The position numbers were made by a program, and so were the translations under genes. A stretch of 64,000 nt of DNA from Callorhinchus milii (lineage: Eukaryota): positions 67,706,001 to 67,770,000 of the forward strand of contig NW_024704743.1 of NCBI RefSeq assembly GCF_018977255.1. The letters are read 5' to 3'. Below the pieces are notes generated by a model. That model was not told the DNA's origin, did not search any database, and was given only the letters and a program-made list of their open reading frames with translations. This document shows, piece by piece, positions 27,223-40,105 of the stretch (position 1 is the first letter of the stretch; every line of letters starts with the position of its first letter).

Positions 27223-27384
27223 ACAGGGAGAATACAGGGACACCATATACAATCTGAGTTTTATAGCTTTTTCTGTTAGATTCTAACACTTCCCCAGCCT
27301 TCTCCTTGGCTCCCCCTTTGCCTGTGTATCTCACTCACATGCGAAGCTAGAAAGAACAGAAATATCTTGATGTCGAATGATCAT

Positions 27385-27657
27385 GAAATGAATGATTGAT
27401 TTAATGCAAGGAGTTGTTGGCCCAAACACTGGGAGAAACTCCCTTCTCATTTTGAAAAGTTCCAAGGGATCTTTAATGTCCACCTAAACAGGCAGGCTCA
27501 GTTTAACGTCTCATTGAAGGACAAGGCCTCCAGCAATATAGCACTCCCTCAGCACTGCAATGAAGTGTCAGCCTAGATTGTAAATTCAAAGTTCCAACAT
27601 GGGGCTTGAACCCACAACCCTCTGAGTCAGAGGCAAGAATGCTACTAACTGAGCCTG
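27385..27657 (-). mobile_element. DeuSINE 5' and core
   Basis: cagtttaacgtctcat...ggggcttgaacccacaaccctctgagtcagagg...aactgagcc. Confidence 0.75.
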
Positions 27658-28504
27658 AAGCTTCCTTAGCCCATGCTTTCAGCCACTCTGCCCCAAGAGT
27701 CTGGAACACTGCCCCAATCCCTGTGGCTTGTTTCCCCATTGCCTGTCTTCAGATCACACCTGGAGCTCTTCCTCTTTGACCGTGCCTATTGTCATCTCCC
27801 CACTCTCTGAAACTTGATGTCAAGCACTGCCACTGTGAAGCAATCTGAAAAGCTACCCCACATAAAGCATGCTATAAAATTGCAGGTGATTCTTGTCGTT
27901 GCAACGTGAACTTGGTTTGCTTATGCCATAAACAGGTTCCGCAATTACATTTTGCACAAAAATGCTTCAGCAATCCCTTTTTCTCCCCTCTCAGCTTTAA
28001 TTCTTTTTCTTAGCTTTCAATCTTCCCTTTGACCCTAGAGTTTTCCATTGTGATTGAATAACTGCCCTTGTTTCTCTTTCGCCACTTTGCCTTGCTTTCT
28101 GTGATGGCCAAACTGCTGTTGCAACCGTTTGCCTACATGCTAGCACTCCTGGGCTGCCTTACAATACTGTACATGCTGTGCAACTGGAGGAACAAGAACA
28201 ACAATAAATATGTCTGCCAAGTTTAGCAGAGAAGCTCTGGCAAACAGTATAGCAAAGCTTTGTGCATAAGCAGAGTTTGTCATTTTCCTGGCTGTATCTT
28301 AACACCACTGAGAAGTACTATTATAGTAATGGCTGTGCATCTGGAAGCATTGTTGTTCCACACTTTTAACAAATGCCCAAAATGTTTTATTTAAATTATC
28401 CCTTTGACCATTCTATTTTTTTTAAAAAAAACATTATTTTCTCAGTTCCCATTGAACAGCAACATGAAAGGATAATTCCAGGTCTAAAAAGTAATAATTA
28501 CAAT

Positions 28505-28836
28505 TATAAGATAATAACCCTTGTATTTGATATAACTATATTTGTAGGCAACTCCAGCAGCCACAGCAATGTCCCCTATTTTATCATGAAGATTGTTGGT
28601 CAGGACAACAGGAGAAACTCCTTTCTCTTTTTGAATAGTGCCATAGGATCATTAATGTCCACCTGAAGAGGCAGGCTTATCTAACTTGAAGGACAGCCAC
28701 TTAATAATACAGTTCTTCCCCGAGACTGTACTGGAGTGTCGTCTTAAATTGTGAGTTCAAAGTTGTGACATAGGTCTTGAACGCATAACCTTTTGACTCA
28801 GTGGTGAGGAAGCTACCATCTGAGTCAGGCTGACAC
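28505..28836 (-). mobile_element. DeuSINE, degraded
   Basis: Reverse-complement head (catctgagtcaggctgacac), core and tail. Confidence 0.65.
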
Positions 28837-28870
28837 AATATGTATTGAATAAACCTGGCCTACCTCTATT

Positions 28871-29223
28871 CTTTTTTGGTCACCCGGGTATTGGACATAT
28901 GTAGAAACCCATCACCAGGCTTAAGACTATCCAAACCAAGCTGAGAATTCCATGCATCCCACCTACACATGGAAATCCCAGAGATTTGTTGGAATGGAAT
29001 GCACACTCTCTCCCTGGAGAGATGCAGGCTGCTTACCTAATTCTGGGAAATATTAGGCACAGGTTGGCAAGAGCCAAGGCTTGGGACCCCAGAATGTGTG
29101 TTGGCATACTCTTGGAGTCTAACAAGCTAAAAACTGCATAGCTTGCCTTCCTGTCTGGGCAAGCTTCCCTACTGCTTGTCCAGCTAGGACCACCCTACCT
29201 GTTAGGGCTTTGGCTTGCAGGGC
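28871..29223 (-). repeat. Unclassified family X, apparently full length (~350 nt)
   Basis: Minus strand ccctgcaagccaaagccc...gggtgaccaaaaaag; same 5' boundary as the copy at 53738-54072. Confidence 0.75.
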
Positions 29224-29872
29224 CTACTTTTAATTCTGTTATCGTACCAGCAATTATTTAATCTCATAGGAGAATGGGGGTTTTAAACTGCCGTGAAGAG
29301 CTATGAATAACCTGCTCCCTGAGGATTAATCTGTCAGGTATTTATTCCTGAATCTGTCTGGAAGTGCCAAGTTGAAAACAAGAGAAGCTATTTTAATATG
29401 GTAAATTTAATAGACATCTACATACAGTTTAATTGGAGGAATACTTGCCGCAAGGACGCAAGGAGTACATTTTAGTCCTTCTTCAGTTTCCCTTATTGAA
29501 AGAATTCTTTTACTCGGAGACTTGACAGTTTTGTCAGTTCCTTGATTGCTCTGCCAACAGGAGCAAGTGACCCACTGGCAAGGTGGCACAGGGCACTTGT
29601 GCATCAGCATGTTGGGCCATCAAGTGACAGCATGCAGATTTAGACCTGCCTTTGCCTTGATGATGAGTTTACTATCTTAGAGGGCTAGTAAGGGAAAGCA
29701 CCAGATCGGAACCTGCCGAACAGAGGCTGAGTGCTTTCAAACAGTGAGGAAGGGAAAAGCAAAGAGGAGCTTTCCACAGATTGCTCTCATTCACCTCTGC
29801 ATAGAACCCCTTGTAGGCAGGCTGCTTATTAATGTGGAAACTAAAGACTCTGCTGGATCGAGGTATTTAAGA

Positions 29873-30058
29873 TTAATAATAATAATCCTTGCATTTTGAC
29901 ATAGTGCTTTTCATGTCTTCTAGACATTTCAAAGCCCCTCACAGAACACACTGTAAAGTGAATTGACTGTATATTTGTGGGCAAAACGTGGCAGCGAATT
30001 GTGCACAGCAATGTCCCACAAACAGTCGTGGATTGAAGTGACCAATTTATTATTTTTT
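29873..30058 (-). mobile_element. tRNA-Ala SINE 3' fragment
   Basis: Body and tail match to the other copies. Confidence 0.8.
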
Positions 30059-30065
30059 ATATATG

Positions 30066-30357
30066 TGGCAAGCTATGCGGATTTAGCTGGTTAAACACCA
30101 GCAGTACCCCAACGCACACTCTGGGGTCCCCAAGCCTTGGCTCTTGCCAACCTGTGCCTAATACTTTCTGGAATTAAGTAAGCAGGATGTATCCCTCCAG
30201 GGAGAGAGTGCGCATTCCATTCCAACAATCTATCTCTGGGATTTCCATGTGTAGATGGGATGCATGGAATTCTCAGGTTGGTTTGGATACTCTTAAGCCT
30301 GGTGATGGGTTTCTCCATGTGTCAGACACCTGGCTGCACCCACTCCCCAAAAGAAAA
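30066..30357 (+). repeat. Unclassified family X, 5'-clipped
   Basis: ggcaagctatgc...ctggggtccccaagccttggctcttgcc...gtcagacacctggctg. Confidence 0.75.
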
Positions 30358-31089
30358 GTTGCTTAAGATTATGAAAGAATTTGAGAGGCTAAATGGTGAT
30401 CAAATATTTCTGCTGCTAGATGAATTAAGAACAAGAGAGCATGAATTTAAGATAATAACTAGGAAAGTAAAATCTGGCAGAATCATCAGAATATGGAATG
30501 AATTGCCTGAGGTGGCTTTAGACCACAGTTAATTGGGGAGGGTTAAAAAGGAATTAGAGAACCACTTGCAGGGTTAGAGGCTGCGAGAAAAGACCTGAGG
30601 ATTTGGATTAGGATAGATCATTCCATTCCATTGGAAGAGCAATTACACAGGCACTAATACAATAGTTTGAATTGCCTGTGTCACAGACTTCTAAGGCTCC
30701 TAAAGTAAGGTTGCTAACCTCGGCCGAGGAGTTGTGAAGAGCTGCATCAAGCACATTTTTGCAAGAATACACTGTGATCACTAGACTATTACTGCACCAT
30801 AGTAGTGGTAGAGCAGCACAATTAGGCACAAAACAAAATAATAATTCAAAAGAAGGAGGCAAAGAGACAGAAATATTTTAAGAATATGGTGTTTGGGGAT
30901 CTGTTTGCAGCAGTTGCTTGTGGCTACATGAATAGCTAAAAGGTAATGAGCGTTGGGAGTTAGGATTTAGAGTGGGTTGTGTTTATTAAATACCTATTAA
31001 ATATTTATCCTCCTGCAGCGAGTAACCTTGTTTCTACATCACTGGCAGGGAGTAAGCAATTGCATGACACTTATCTCCATTGGAGAACA

Positions 31090-31320
31090 AATTCCACCTG
31101 GGTCCAGATTTACTCTGTTGATGCACCATTTTAAAGTGTGCAGAATTTGGCAAATTGTTGAATTCAGTCTTAACATTGAAGTCAGTTTTCCGTAGTTATT
31201 AAAAAAAATGTACGAAAAACAGTTTAAAAATGAAGGCTGTATTTAAGAATTTGCCAAATTCAGGATACTCAAAAATATTAGATAAACAAAGTACATCTAG
31301 ATCCAATTGGAATTTTCCCC
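31090..31320. mobile_element. Palindromic MITE-like element, copy 2
   Basis: aaattccacctgggtccagatttactctgtt versus aacaaagtacatctagatccaattggaattt; inner gaatttggcaaatt / aatttgccaaattc. Confidence 0.65.
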
Positions 31321-32489
31321 AGATAAAGATTTGAGGATTTAATTTTCTTGTTGTGTTCTATGTAAATTGTGGGTGAGCCTTTAGCCAATATGTTTAAGCT
31401 CTCTAGACTGTGTCCAAGATTCCCTTCCCCTTGCTCCTTTCCTCTTCTTCTTAAAACCTTATCTTCTTAAAACCTTCTTAAAATAAATCTCCTTTTTGAC
31501 TATGACTTTGGTCAACACCCTTAAATTTTCTTTTGTCTCTTCCTTGCTTGGTCCGGGGAAAAAAAATTCCACTACTTGTTACAGATGCTTAAGATAATGA
31601 AAAGGTTTTGATAGGATAAATGGTGAGTAACTATTTCTACTGGCAGGTGATTGAGGGATAAAAGGGAATGCATTTAAGATTATAACTGGGTCAGAGTGAA
31701 AGGGGAAGTTAGAGGATATGAATGTTTGAAATAAACAGAAATTCCCACTTCTAGTTCAGGAGCTGTGTTGAGGTCAATCCTGAAATGCTACTCAATTTCA
31801 CATTGTCAATTTGGCCCTCTCCCCACCACCCACAACGACAAAAGAGTTTCAGTGTGGCACAACAGATATGGTGATGGCGAAACCTTTAGTTATGGACTGG
31901 TGGACATTATTGTTTTACCTTCTGTAAGAAATCATCAAATCAATTCAAACATCTTATATCTCATTATACTAATAATGATTCTTATATTTGGTATAACGCC
32001 TTTCACATTGGGAGGATGTCACAAAGCATGATGGAGCTACAGTGTGGTGCACCTGAGAGTAATGGGCTACAGTTCTGGAATTGAGAGCAATAAGGAGTTC
32101 TGGACTTGGTTTATAAATTCAGGAGGAGATTCCTGACTTAAATAAAATTAGTCATTCACTTCACGGCTGCTTGTGAGACACTGCTGTGCACAAACGAGTT
32201 GCCCATTTGCATAAAAGATACACAGTCAGTACAATTTATAGTAAATAAAACTCCTGTGAAGCACTTTGAGACATTCCTCACAAGATGAAAGGCACAATAT
32301 TAAATGCAAGGATTATTTATTTATTATATTTTACAAATTCTACAAGTAACAACCGAAAGTAATGTGTTGCAATTTTAGCCTCCATCAGACTTTAAAACCT
32401 ATCAAGATTTTTGATCTTGTTTGTATTGTTATTTGAATCACTTTGTTATTCACTTTGGGCATTTGTTATAGCGCCTTATCATTGTCATT

Positions 32490-32866
32490 GTAACAGATCA
32501 AAATGCTCCATAAGGAGCATTGTGTTTTTGTAGGCAAAACACAGCAGTCAATTTTTAAACAGCAATGGCCCACAAACCCCATCAAGTGAAAAGCACATTG
32601 TTGGCCAGGACAACACAATACAAAATTACATTTGTAAAGCGCCTTTCACATCAGGAGGTCATCCCAAGGCACTGAACAGTTGAGCATTAGACAGAGAGGA
32701 GCCTAACATCAATTTAATATCTCATCCAAAGCACAGCATCTCCGACAATGCAGCACACCCTCAACACTGTTTTAGAGTGCCAGCCTAGAGAATGAGTCCT
32801 GTCGTGGAACTCAAACCCATAACCTTCTGACTCAGAGGCAAGAATGCTGTCAACGGAGCCAGACTG
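32490..32866 (-). mobile_element. DeuSINE with an internal L2-tail insertion
   Basis: tttaatatctcatccaaagcacagcatctccgacaatgcagcac...ttctgactcagagg. Confidence 0.65.
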
Positions 32867-33057
32867 AAACATAGGGCTCCACGTTACTGAGAAATAATGT
32901 GCTAGAATGGTATAAAACTTAGTGAATGGGAAATAAGTATTCATCGCAAAAGGGGAAACTGAATTTCGTCGAAGTTGGCTTGTGAATGGATGAGATATGA
33001 GAATTCCATTTTGGATCAGAGGAGATAGTGTGGCCAAAAGACCTGATAGGGAATTGA

Positions 33058-33305
33058 TTTTTTTTACGACAGCCAGATGTTTGCCATATGTGGAAACCCA
33101 TCACCTGGCTTAAAGTTTCCTATCCAAACTATTGAAAGTTCCACATATTTTCCTTTTATCTGGATAGGAGTGCACACTCTCCCCAGAGGAACACATTGTG
33201 CTAACTTAATCCTGGAGAGATTTGCTGGAGTTTGACAAGGGCCAAGACTTGGGGTATCCATTGGAATACTGTTGGAGTTTAACCAGCTAAAACATGCAAC
33301 TTGCC
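33058..33305 (-). repeat. Unclassified family X copy
   Basis: T-run then ...gtggaaacccatcacctggcttaa...ggagtttaaccagctaaaacatgcaacttgcc. Confidence 0.65.
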
Positions 33306-36300
33306 ATTGCGAATACAGCAGAATTCACAAACAGTAAGGAGGCTAACGATCAATTTAGCTGGAGGATTGTTAGCCAGTATACCAGGAAAAACTCCCTTCC
33401 CGTTTTGTGTTGTGTGATGGGGTTTTTAACATCCACTTGAATAGTCAGATGGTTTATCATATCATCTGAAGCTTGGCACTTCTGGCAATGCAAATGTTCC
33501 CAATACCTCCCCAGATTGTCAGCGTAGAGACCATGAGCTTAAATTGCTGAAGTGGGGCTTGAACCCAAAATCTTCTGACTCAAAAATGAGAGTGCTTCCA
33601 ACTGAGGCAAGGAAAAGAGGCCATTAACAAGCCTCTCTTTGAGATAGTTTAAACGTAAGCAAAGGTTGAAGAGTCCATGAACAGAAGATCAAACTGTTAT
33701 GGTGGTAATAACAATAACAAGTTTATATTTATATAGCACCTTTAATGTCGGGACAACATCTCAGAGCTAGGGCAGGTGGGTGGGAAGATGACTGAAGGCG
33801 TGGTTAAAGAGGAGGGTCTTGAGACAGGCCTTGAATCAGACTTGAGGTCAGTAATGAGAATTCAAGTGAGCAATGCAGGCAGATTCTCTGCCCACAGTTA
33901 TCAAGATCAGGTTACCAGATAGTTTCAGATGAGGAATCCCCTATGCACCCCTTTGATCTCATCCTTGCATAGGAAGCTTAACCAACCCAAATCAATGGAG
34001 GAAATGGTGAGTTGAAATGATAGCATCTGAACCAGAGGAATTGAAGAAAGAATCGTTCACAAAGTTTTGACAAAACGACCAGACAAAGTATCGGGTAGTA
34101 TGACAAGATTTGGATGGCTTGTTTGAATAAGTTCTATTTAATAATTTTAATAGTGGACTTGCAGAGATTGTGAACGTCTGGAGAAATTCCTTTTAAAACA
34201 GTAATATGCAAATCTAGAATCTACAGGGTTAATCCTCATATTTGGCATCAGACACCAATGGAGATAAGCTAACTGGGTTTCTTCTGCTCATAATCAATGA
34301 AAAGGGGTCTGAATAAATTGGAGTGCAGCAAGACCTTCACTCAGTTGGACTCTGCTTTAATCTCATGAAGAACACAGGTTCCTTAGAGTAGCTCATCTGT
34401 CACTAAAACAGGTAAAACCAGCTAAAATTAATTTGCTTTTCATTTACTGACAACTAGAAACAAATGTTTCATTGAGAATTATGAGCAGGTTCTGGTCACA
34501 AGCTGAACAAGATAATTCTATAATATGTAATTGACCCTATTCTGTCTTTGTGAAATGCACAGCATATTGAATTCTTGCCATGTACACAGCAACAAACAGG
34601 ATGTCTGACAACACTTATATTAATGTGCACACAATTGTATTCAACAACAATATCAACACAATAAATTTAATGCAATACACATTTGAACACATCCAAAGCA
34701 TATCCGCCCACACACTGGTATAAAAACAAAGGTGTTTGACCAATAGGTTTCAATTGTAATTTCTGTTCTTTGTGTTGGAATAATATAGTCTATTTGTCAA
34801 GCTACAAAAAAAAGCCATCCCGCTTTTGGTCCTTTATCTGGACAATGCATTGCATTATAACAGACCAACTCACTCCTAGATTTCACCCCCTGCAATTGGA
34901 TTATTATTCCTGTTAGTTTCTAACCCAGAGCATGGCCTATTTTTCCACAGGCAAAATTGGACAGTGGAAGAAAAAATATGTTACGTTCTGAAGATATTAA
35001 ATCAATAACTCGGTCGAGAAAGACTGACCGCTTCATGCCACAAATGCATTTGGGTCTATCAAGCAACATATGTAAACCATGTTAAAAAAAAGTGTATCAT
35101 CTGTCATTTGTAAACCACGCGTAAATACTTGTGCAGAGGGAATTACAGGTGCCCTTAATCATTTCATAACAACCAATGCAAAAGATTGACTGCAAAATAC
35201 AGTCACTACACTTTACAGTTAATCCTGTGAAGTGCTTTGAAATGTCTTCCCAAAGTGAAAGGTGCTATATCAAATTTAAGAATTACTATAATTGTTATTG
35301 TTGGTTAATTATAATAAAGGGATGTTACAATTCCCTCTGCATATCTTCATTTAAACATTGTTTACACATGGGGTATAATAGACCCCACTACCTTATTCAA
35401 ATTCACTTGTTCATGCTGCATCGATCTTAACATGCTTTGCCACACACATCACTTCCCTGCTGAAATTTCTCGTAGGCGACTGTTGTTCCCCAGCGCTCTG
35501 CCCCTTGTGGAGGTTTGAACTGCTATCTGTCACTTGCTGTTTCCAGTACTATATAAATCACAGTGCTTAATGTACACTGAAAGCAATATAACTCATAGCT
35601 AACCTTAAATGTATAACTTTTACCAATTGTTGGTGCCATTACTTGCTGCAATCATTCCCAATGCCAAGTTATTGGGATGGATTAATTCCTCCAGCAATGC
35701 ATTCAAATAAAGTGAAGGCTATGTGCTGAGCTCTATATATAGGCAATATTGAGGATTACCAATCTGTGAAAATCAATGCCACTGTATCCAAGGTATTTCA
35801 AGTTAAATGTGACATAAAGGTTGCAGTGAAAGACAATTTTATATTTAGTGCAACATTATCTGTACATCAATACAGTAGTTAAAGGGGAAAGGTCTTGAAG
35901 GAATATGTTTTGTTCAAAATATTCTCTGGCTCTATAACTGAAAATATTTCTACTTTCAATCAAATCCTTAAGTTTTGAGGGCAGCAGAACATCCTTATTC
36001 AGGGTGGTGTAGTGACACTTCGACAGGCCAAATGGAGCATTGTGAAGTAGCTCTATTTACTTAAATGAGGTGGCTGTTTCAGAACAGATTTGGAGCAAGT
36101 CTGAAGACACCAAATCCAACGATAACATATTTCTAAGCCAATAGCACAAAGAGACAAAGGGTCATGGGGAAAGGGTAATGTGGTATTAGCACTGGTGCCC
36201 AATATTATATCAACCAATCACTGGCCTCAGGATGATACATTAAACTCCCCCCAACCACTTTTCCAGGCTATTGATAAATATTGAATGCTTTTCACCATAT

Positions 36301-36574
36301 TTTTAGTTAATTTGATAATTATCACCAGTGATAATATCACATGACATACTCCATTCCTCACTGCACATATAGAAAGCTTCATCAATGCCAGTAACTCAAA
36401 TTCTCTTTTAATTGGTGAGTGAAGCATATTGCAGGGCGCAAATCTTTTGCGGTGTTTGTCCACAAAATACACACAAGTACATACACTGCAGTATATTCTG
36501 TGAAGTGCTTTGAGAACATAAGGCGTTATCAATTGCAAGGATTATTATAATTCTCCTATGAAACAGTAAAGGTT

Positions 36575-37334
36575 GGCAGCATCAACCTCCATGGTTGCAC
36601 ACTACCACTCACCAAGCCAGCCAGGAACCTAGGTGTCTTGTTTGACCCTCAACTGTCTTTTCTTGCCCACATCCAAGCCATGACCCATTCTGCCTTCCCT
36701 CACCTCCGTAACATCGCCTGACTCCGCCACTACCTCACCCCTCAGGCCGCTGAAACTCTTGTTCATGCCTTCATCACCTCCAGGTTCAACTATGCACACG
36801 CCCTGCTTGTCGGCCTTCCCAACTCCTCCCTCCACAGGCTGCAGATAATCCAGAACTCTGCAGCCCGTGTCCTCTCCCGCACCAAACTCCGTGACCCCAC
36901 CTCCACCATTCTCGCCCGACTCCATTGGCTCCCTATCCTTCAGAAGATCCAGTTCAAGATCCTGGTCCTCACCTACAAAGCCCTCCATGGCCTCACTCCA
37001 CCCTACCTCTGTGACCTCCTAACACCCTGGCCTGCTCCACGTCCCCCAACCCACCCACCCCACCATTGGCGGGAGAGCCTTCAGCCACTCTGCCCACCAA
37101 CCTCTGGAATTCCATTTCCCAGTCACTCCACCTCGCCCCCTCCTTAGCCTCTTTCAAGTCCCGCCTCAAAACCCTCCTCTTCGACCATGCCATCGGTCAC
37201 CCCACTTCCCCTCCCTTCCCTTCTCCCCCCCCCCCCCCGACCCCAGCTCAGGTCTGAAATGCTGTACATTGTGCAGCACCTTGGGACGTCCTCCCGATGT
37301 GAAAGGTGCTATACAAATGTAATCTTGTTGTTGT
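36575..37334 (+). mobile_element. L2 LINE, 5'-truncated
   Basis: aggaacctaggtgtcttgtttgacc...ctccattggctccc...tail and (ttg)n. Confidence 0.88.
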
Positions 37335-39214
37335 ATAAAGCAAAATTACAATACACAATATTTTTCCTATTCACTTGATCATACTTTGTTTCTATCCTTA
37401 GCATTTCTGTGAAAAAGTTAGACCCAATATTTTAAAGCAAAGATCATTAAATTTGACCAAATCAGACAGAAAGAGATTGGTCTCGTTCAGTGGCTTAGAT
37501 CTGCAGTCATAATAATAATAATCCTTGCATTTGATACAGTGTCTTATCACATCTTCAAGATGTCTCAAAGCACATCACAGAACATTCTACAAAGTGAATT
37601 GACTCTTTATTGTATATAATCCCTATAGAACATATTTGTTGTGAAGTTCAACAACAACATGTAAGTGCAGTCCAGCACAGAGGATCAGATCATTGTGAAA
37701 TATGTAAAACTGCTGTAACCTTATGTGCTTTAACAAGCATAATCTTGTAGACAGAACTTGTAATTTGCTTTGTCCCTGAGGACTAATGTATTCCAATGGC
37801 AATATGTTTACGATATTGAGGAAAACAACTTAGGTCACACCACCAAGTGAATATTGTTTTATTTTAACATGAAGGTAAAATAATTCAGAAATCGACATAA
37901 GAATGAATAAAAATTCAAATTTTGAAGACAGATTCTGGTTGGGAGACAGATGTGTGCTAGGAGCATTGTGAACTGGGAGCTTCTGACTACTTCAATGTCA
38001 GGAAGAAGGGAAAGAAAGTTTGCTTATTAAGAAAGATAGTACGATGTAATGTACAGTTGTATTTTATTCTCTTAAAGTTGAAGCACTAAATTTGCACTTC
38101 TTTCTTCTCAAAACCACCCCATCCAAAAAGCATCCATATTACCAATACCTCTCACTTGCACTGAACCAAAACTGTCACAAAGATGGAGAGCGGACTCGTT
38201 GATATTAAAATGAAACTAAATGGTCCAATTGAGTCTGGTAGCTCCATTATTACTGCTACTCTTTCCAAACCACAAATATGCCCTTCATATAATTGCTGTT
38301 TCTCATGTTGCTATTGAATATGCCTCTTCTGAAATAGATTATCTGTTATTGAAAAGAATTATGCTGATACGAGTAGTGCATCCCATTCATGCCTTTTTGA
38401 CATCAGCATCTATCAGCGATATTGTTGTGTCTCACTCAGACTTGGACATCATCCCATAAAATCCATTAAACCTGAGTTAATTGACAAAGTTGGCAACAGA
38501 TTGAAGTGAAAACAGTCCAGTCAGATTGAAGTGAAAACAGTCCATTTAACCTTTATCACTATTGAACATTGAACGTATGGGACCAGAAACAAAAACATTG
38601 AAATCTACCTGTCCAATCCTGAAGTAAAAGTAACTTTTATAAATTACAAATATATGTATGGTATACTATCTTTTTCGCTCTCTCTCACTTATATTCAATC
38701 CACATATTTGTTAACTAGCCTCAATATGTGGCTACATCTGTGTCAAACCATCTCCCTTGGTAGTGTCTTCATACTTCACTCTTTCCATACATTAATTCAA
38801 TCTAAATTGTGCATTTACCTTGCTCTTTTTTTATATTTTTTTGATCATCTATTTAATTCACTTTTTAAAGTGGATGTGGCTCTGCTTTAAAAACAGAAGA
38901 AGCTTCAGTTCATTTCTTTGAGATGTTGCCTTTTCTGTTAAGACTTGCAGAGAATGCAAACCATCTTATCCTGCGGATGAGATGTTAAACCCAGGTCCTG
39001 TCTGCCTCTTCAGGTGGATGTTAAATATCTCATGGCATTATTTATATAGAGAAGGGACTTCCGATATCTTGGCCAACAATCCCCCAAATAAAATTGCTGT
39101 GCACGAAATTGGCTGTCACATTCGCCCAGAAAACAGACAGTTATTCCACTTCACAGAATAGGCTGTGAAGTAATTTGGCACATAAAAAATACTATACTAA
39201 ACACAAAGATCATT

Positions 39215-39460
39215 GAGTTTCCTTACTCCACATGCCTGATAATAATCCCTCAAGAAAAAAATAAAATAAAATAAGAATTTGGTCACTCAATCCACGACTG
39301 TTTGTGGGACACTGCTGTGCACAATTGGTTGCCGTGTTTCGCCCACAAATATACAGTCAATTGATTCACTTTACAGTAAATTCTGTGAGGAGCTTTGAGA
39401 CGTCTCGAAGACATGAAAAGTGCTGTATCAAATGCAAGTATTATTATTATTTTATTATTT
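39215..39460 (+). mobile_element. tRNA-Ala SINE, headless
   Basis: gtttccttactccacatgcc...tail. Confidence 0.8.
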
Positions 39461-39791
39461 TTCAAAACTTCCATTTATCTACCTACTTGATAAATTGTGA
39501 ACAGTTTGACAACAAATGGTGATTCGCTCTGAGATGCTATCCTGTGTGAAGAGCACTATATAAATGCAAGTTGTTGTTCTAAGATTGAGTCCAGTTTTTT
39601 TAGTTGTAAATGTTTTGACCATGTTAAACATTGCAGCCACTGCAGGAACACTAGCAGGTAAGAATGTGGTCAATAATGACTTCCTTCATACCTCACCTCT
39701 TCCTAGATGACAAGTATTTTGTTGTTAGAAATTAAAAATATGGAAATCACCATCTGTTGCCTGACAACAATTAGTAATTCATCAAGTAGAT

Positions 39792-40105
39792 TAATAATAA
39801 TAATAATAATCTTGCATTTGGTATAGCGCTTTTCACGTCGGGAGGACGTCCCAAAGCGCTTCACAGAACACACTGTAAAGTGAATTGACTGTATATTTGT
39901 GGGCGAACGCGGCAGCCAATTGCGCACAGCAATGTCCCACAAACAGTCGTAGATTGAAAATGACCAATTTTTATTATTGTTTTGGAGGGATTATTATTAG
40001 GCGTGTGGAATAAGGAAACTTGCCCAAGGTTTCGCCCTGCCTGGAATTGAACTCAGGTCTCTCGCTTGCAAAGCGAGTGCTCTAACCACTGAGCTACAGG
40101 ACTCC
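39792..40105 (-). mobile_element. tRNA-Ala SINE, short subfamily, young
   Basis: Near-identical to 42676-42994 and 54413-54733. Confidence 0.92.

Noticed and set aside
38497..38544. Short tandem duplications (also 21964-21997 and 60138-60179)
   Set aside because: Ordinary two-copy slippage; not CRISPR-like or a higher-order array.
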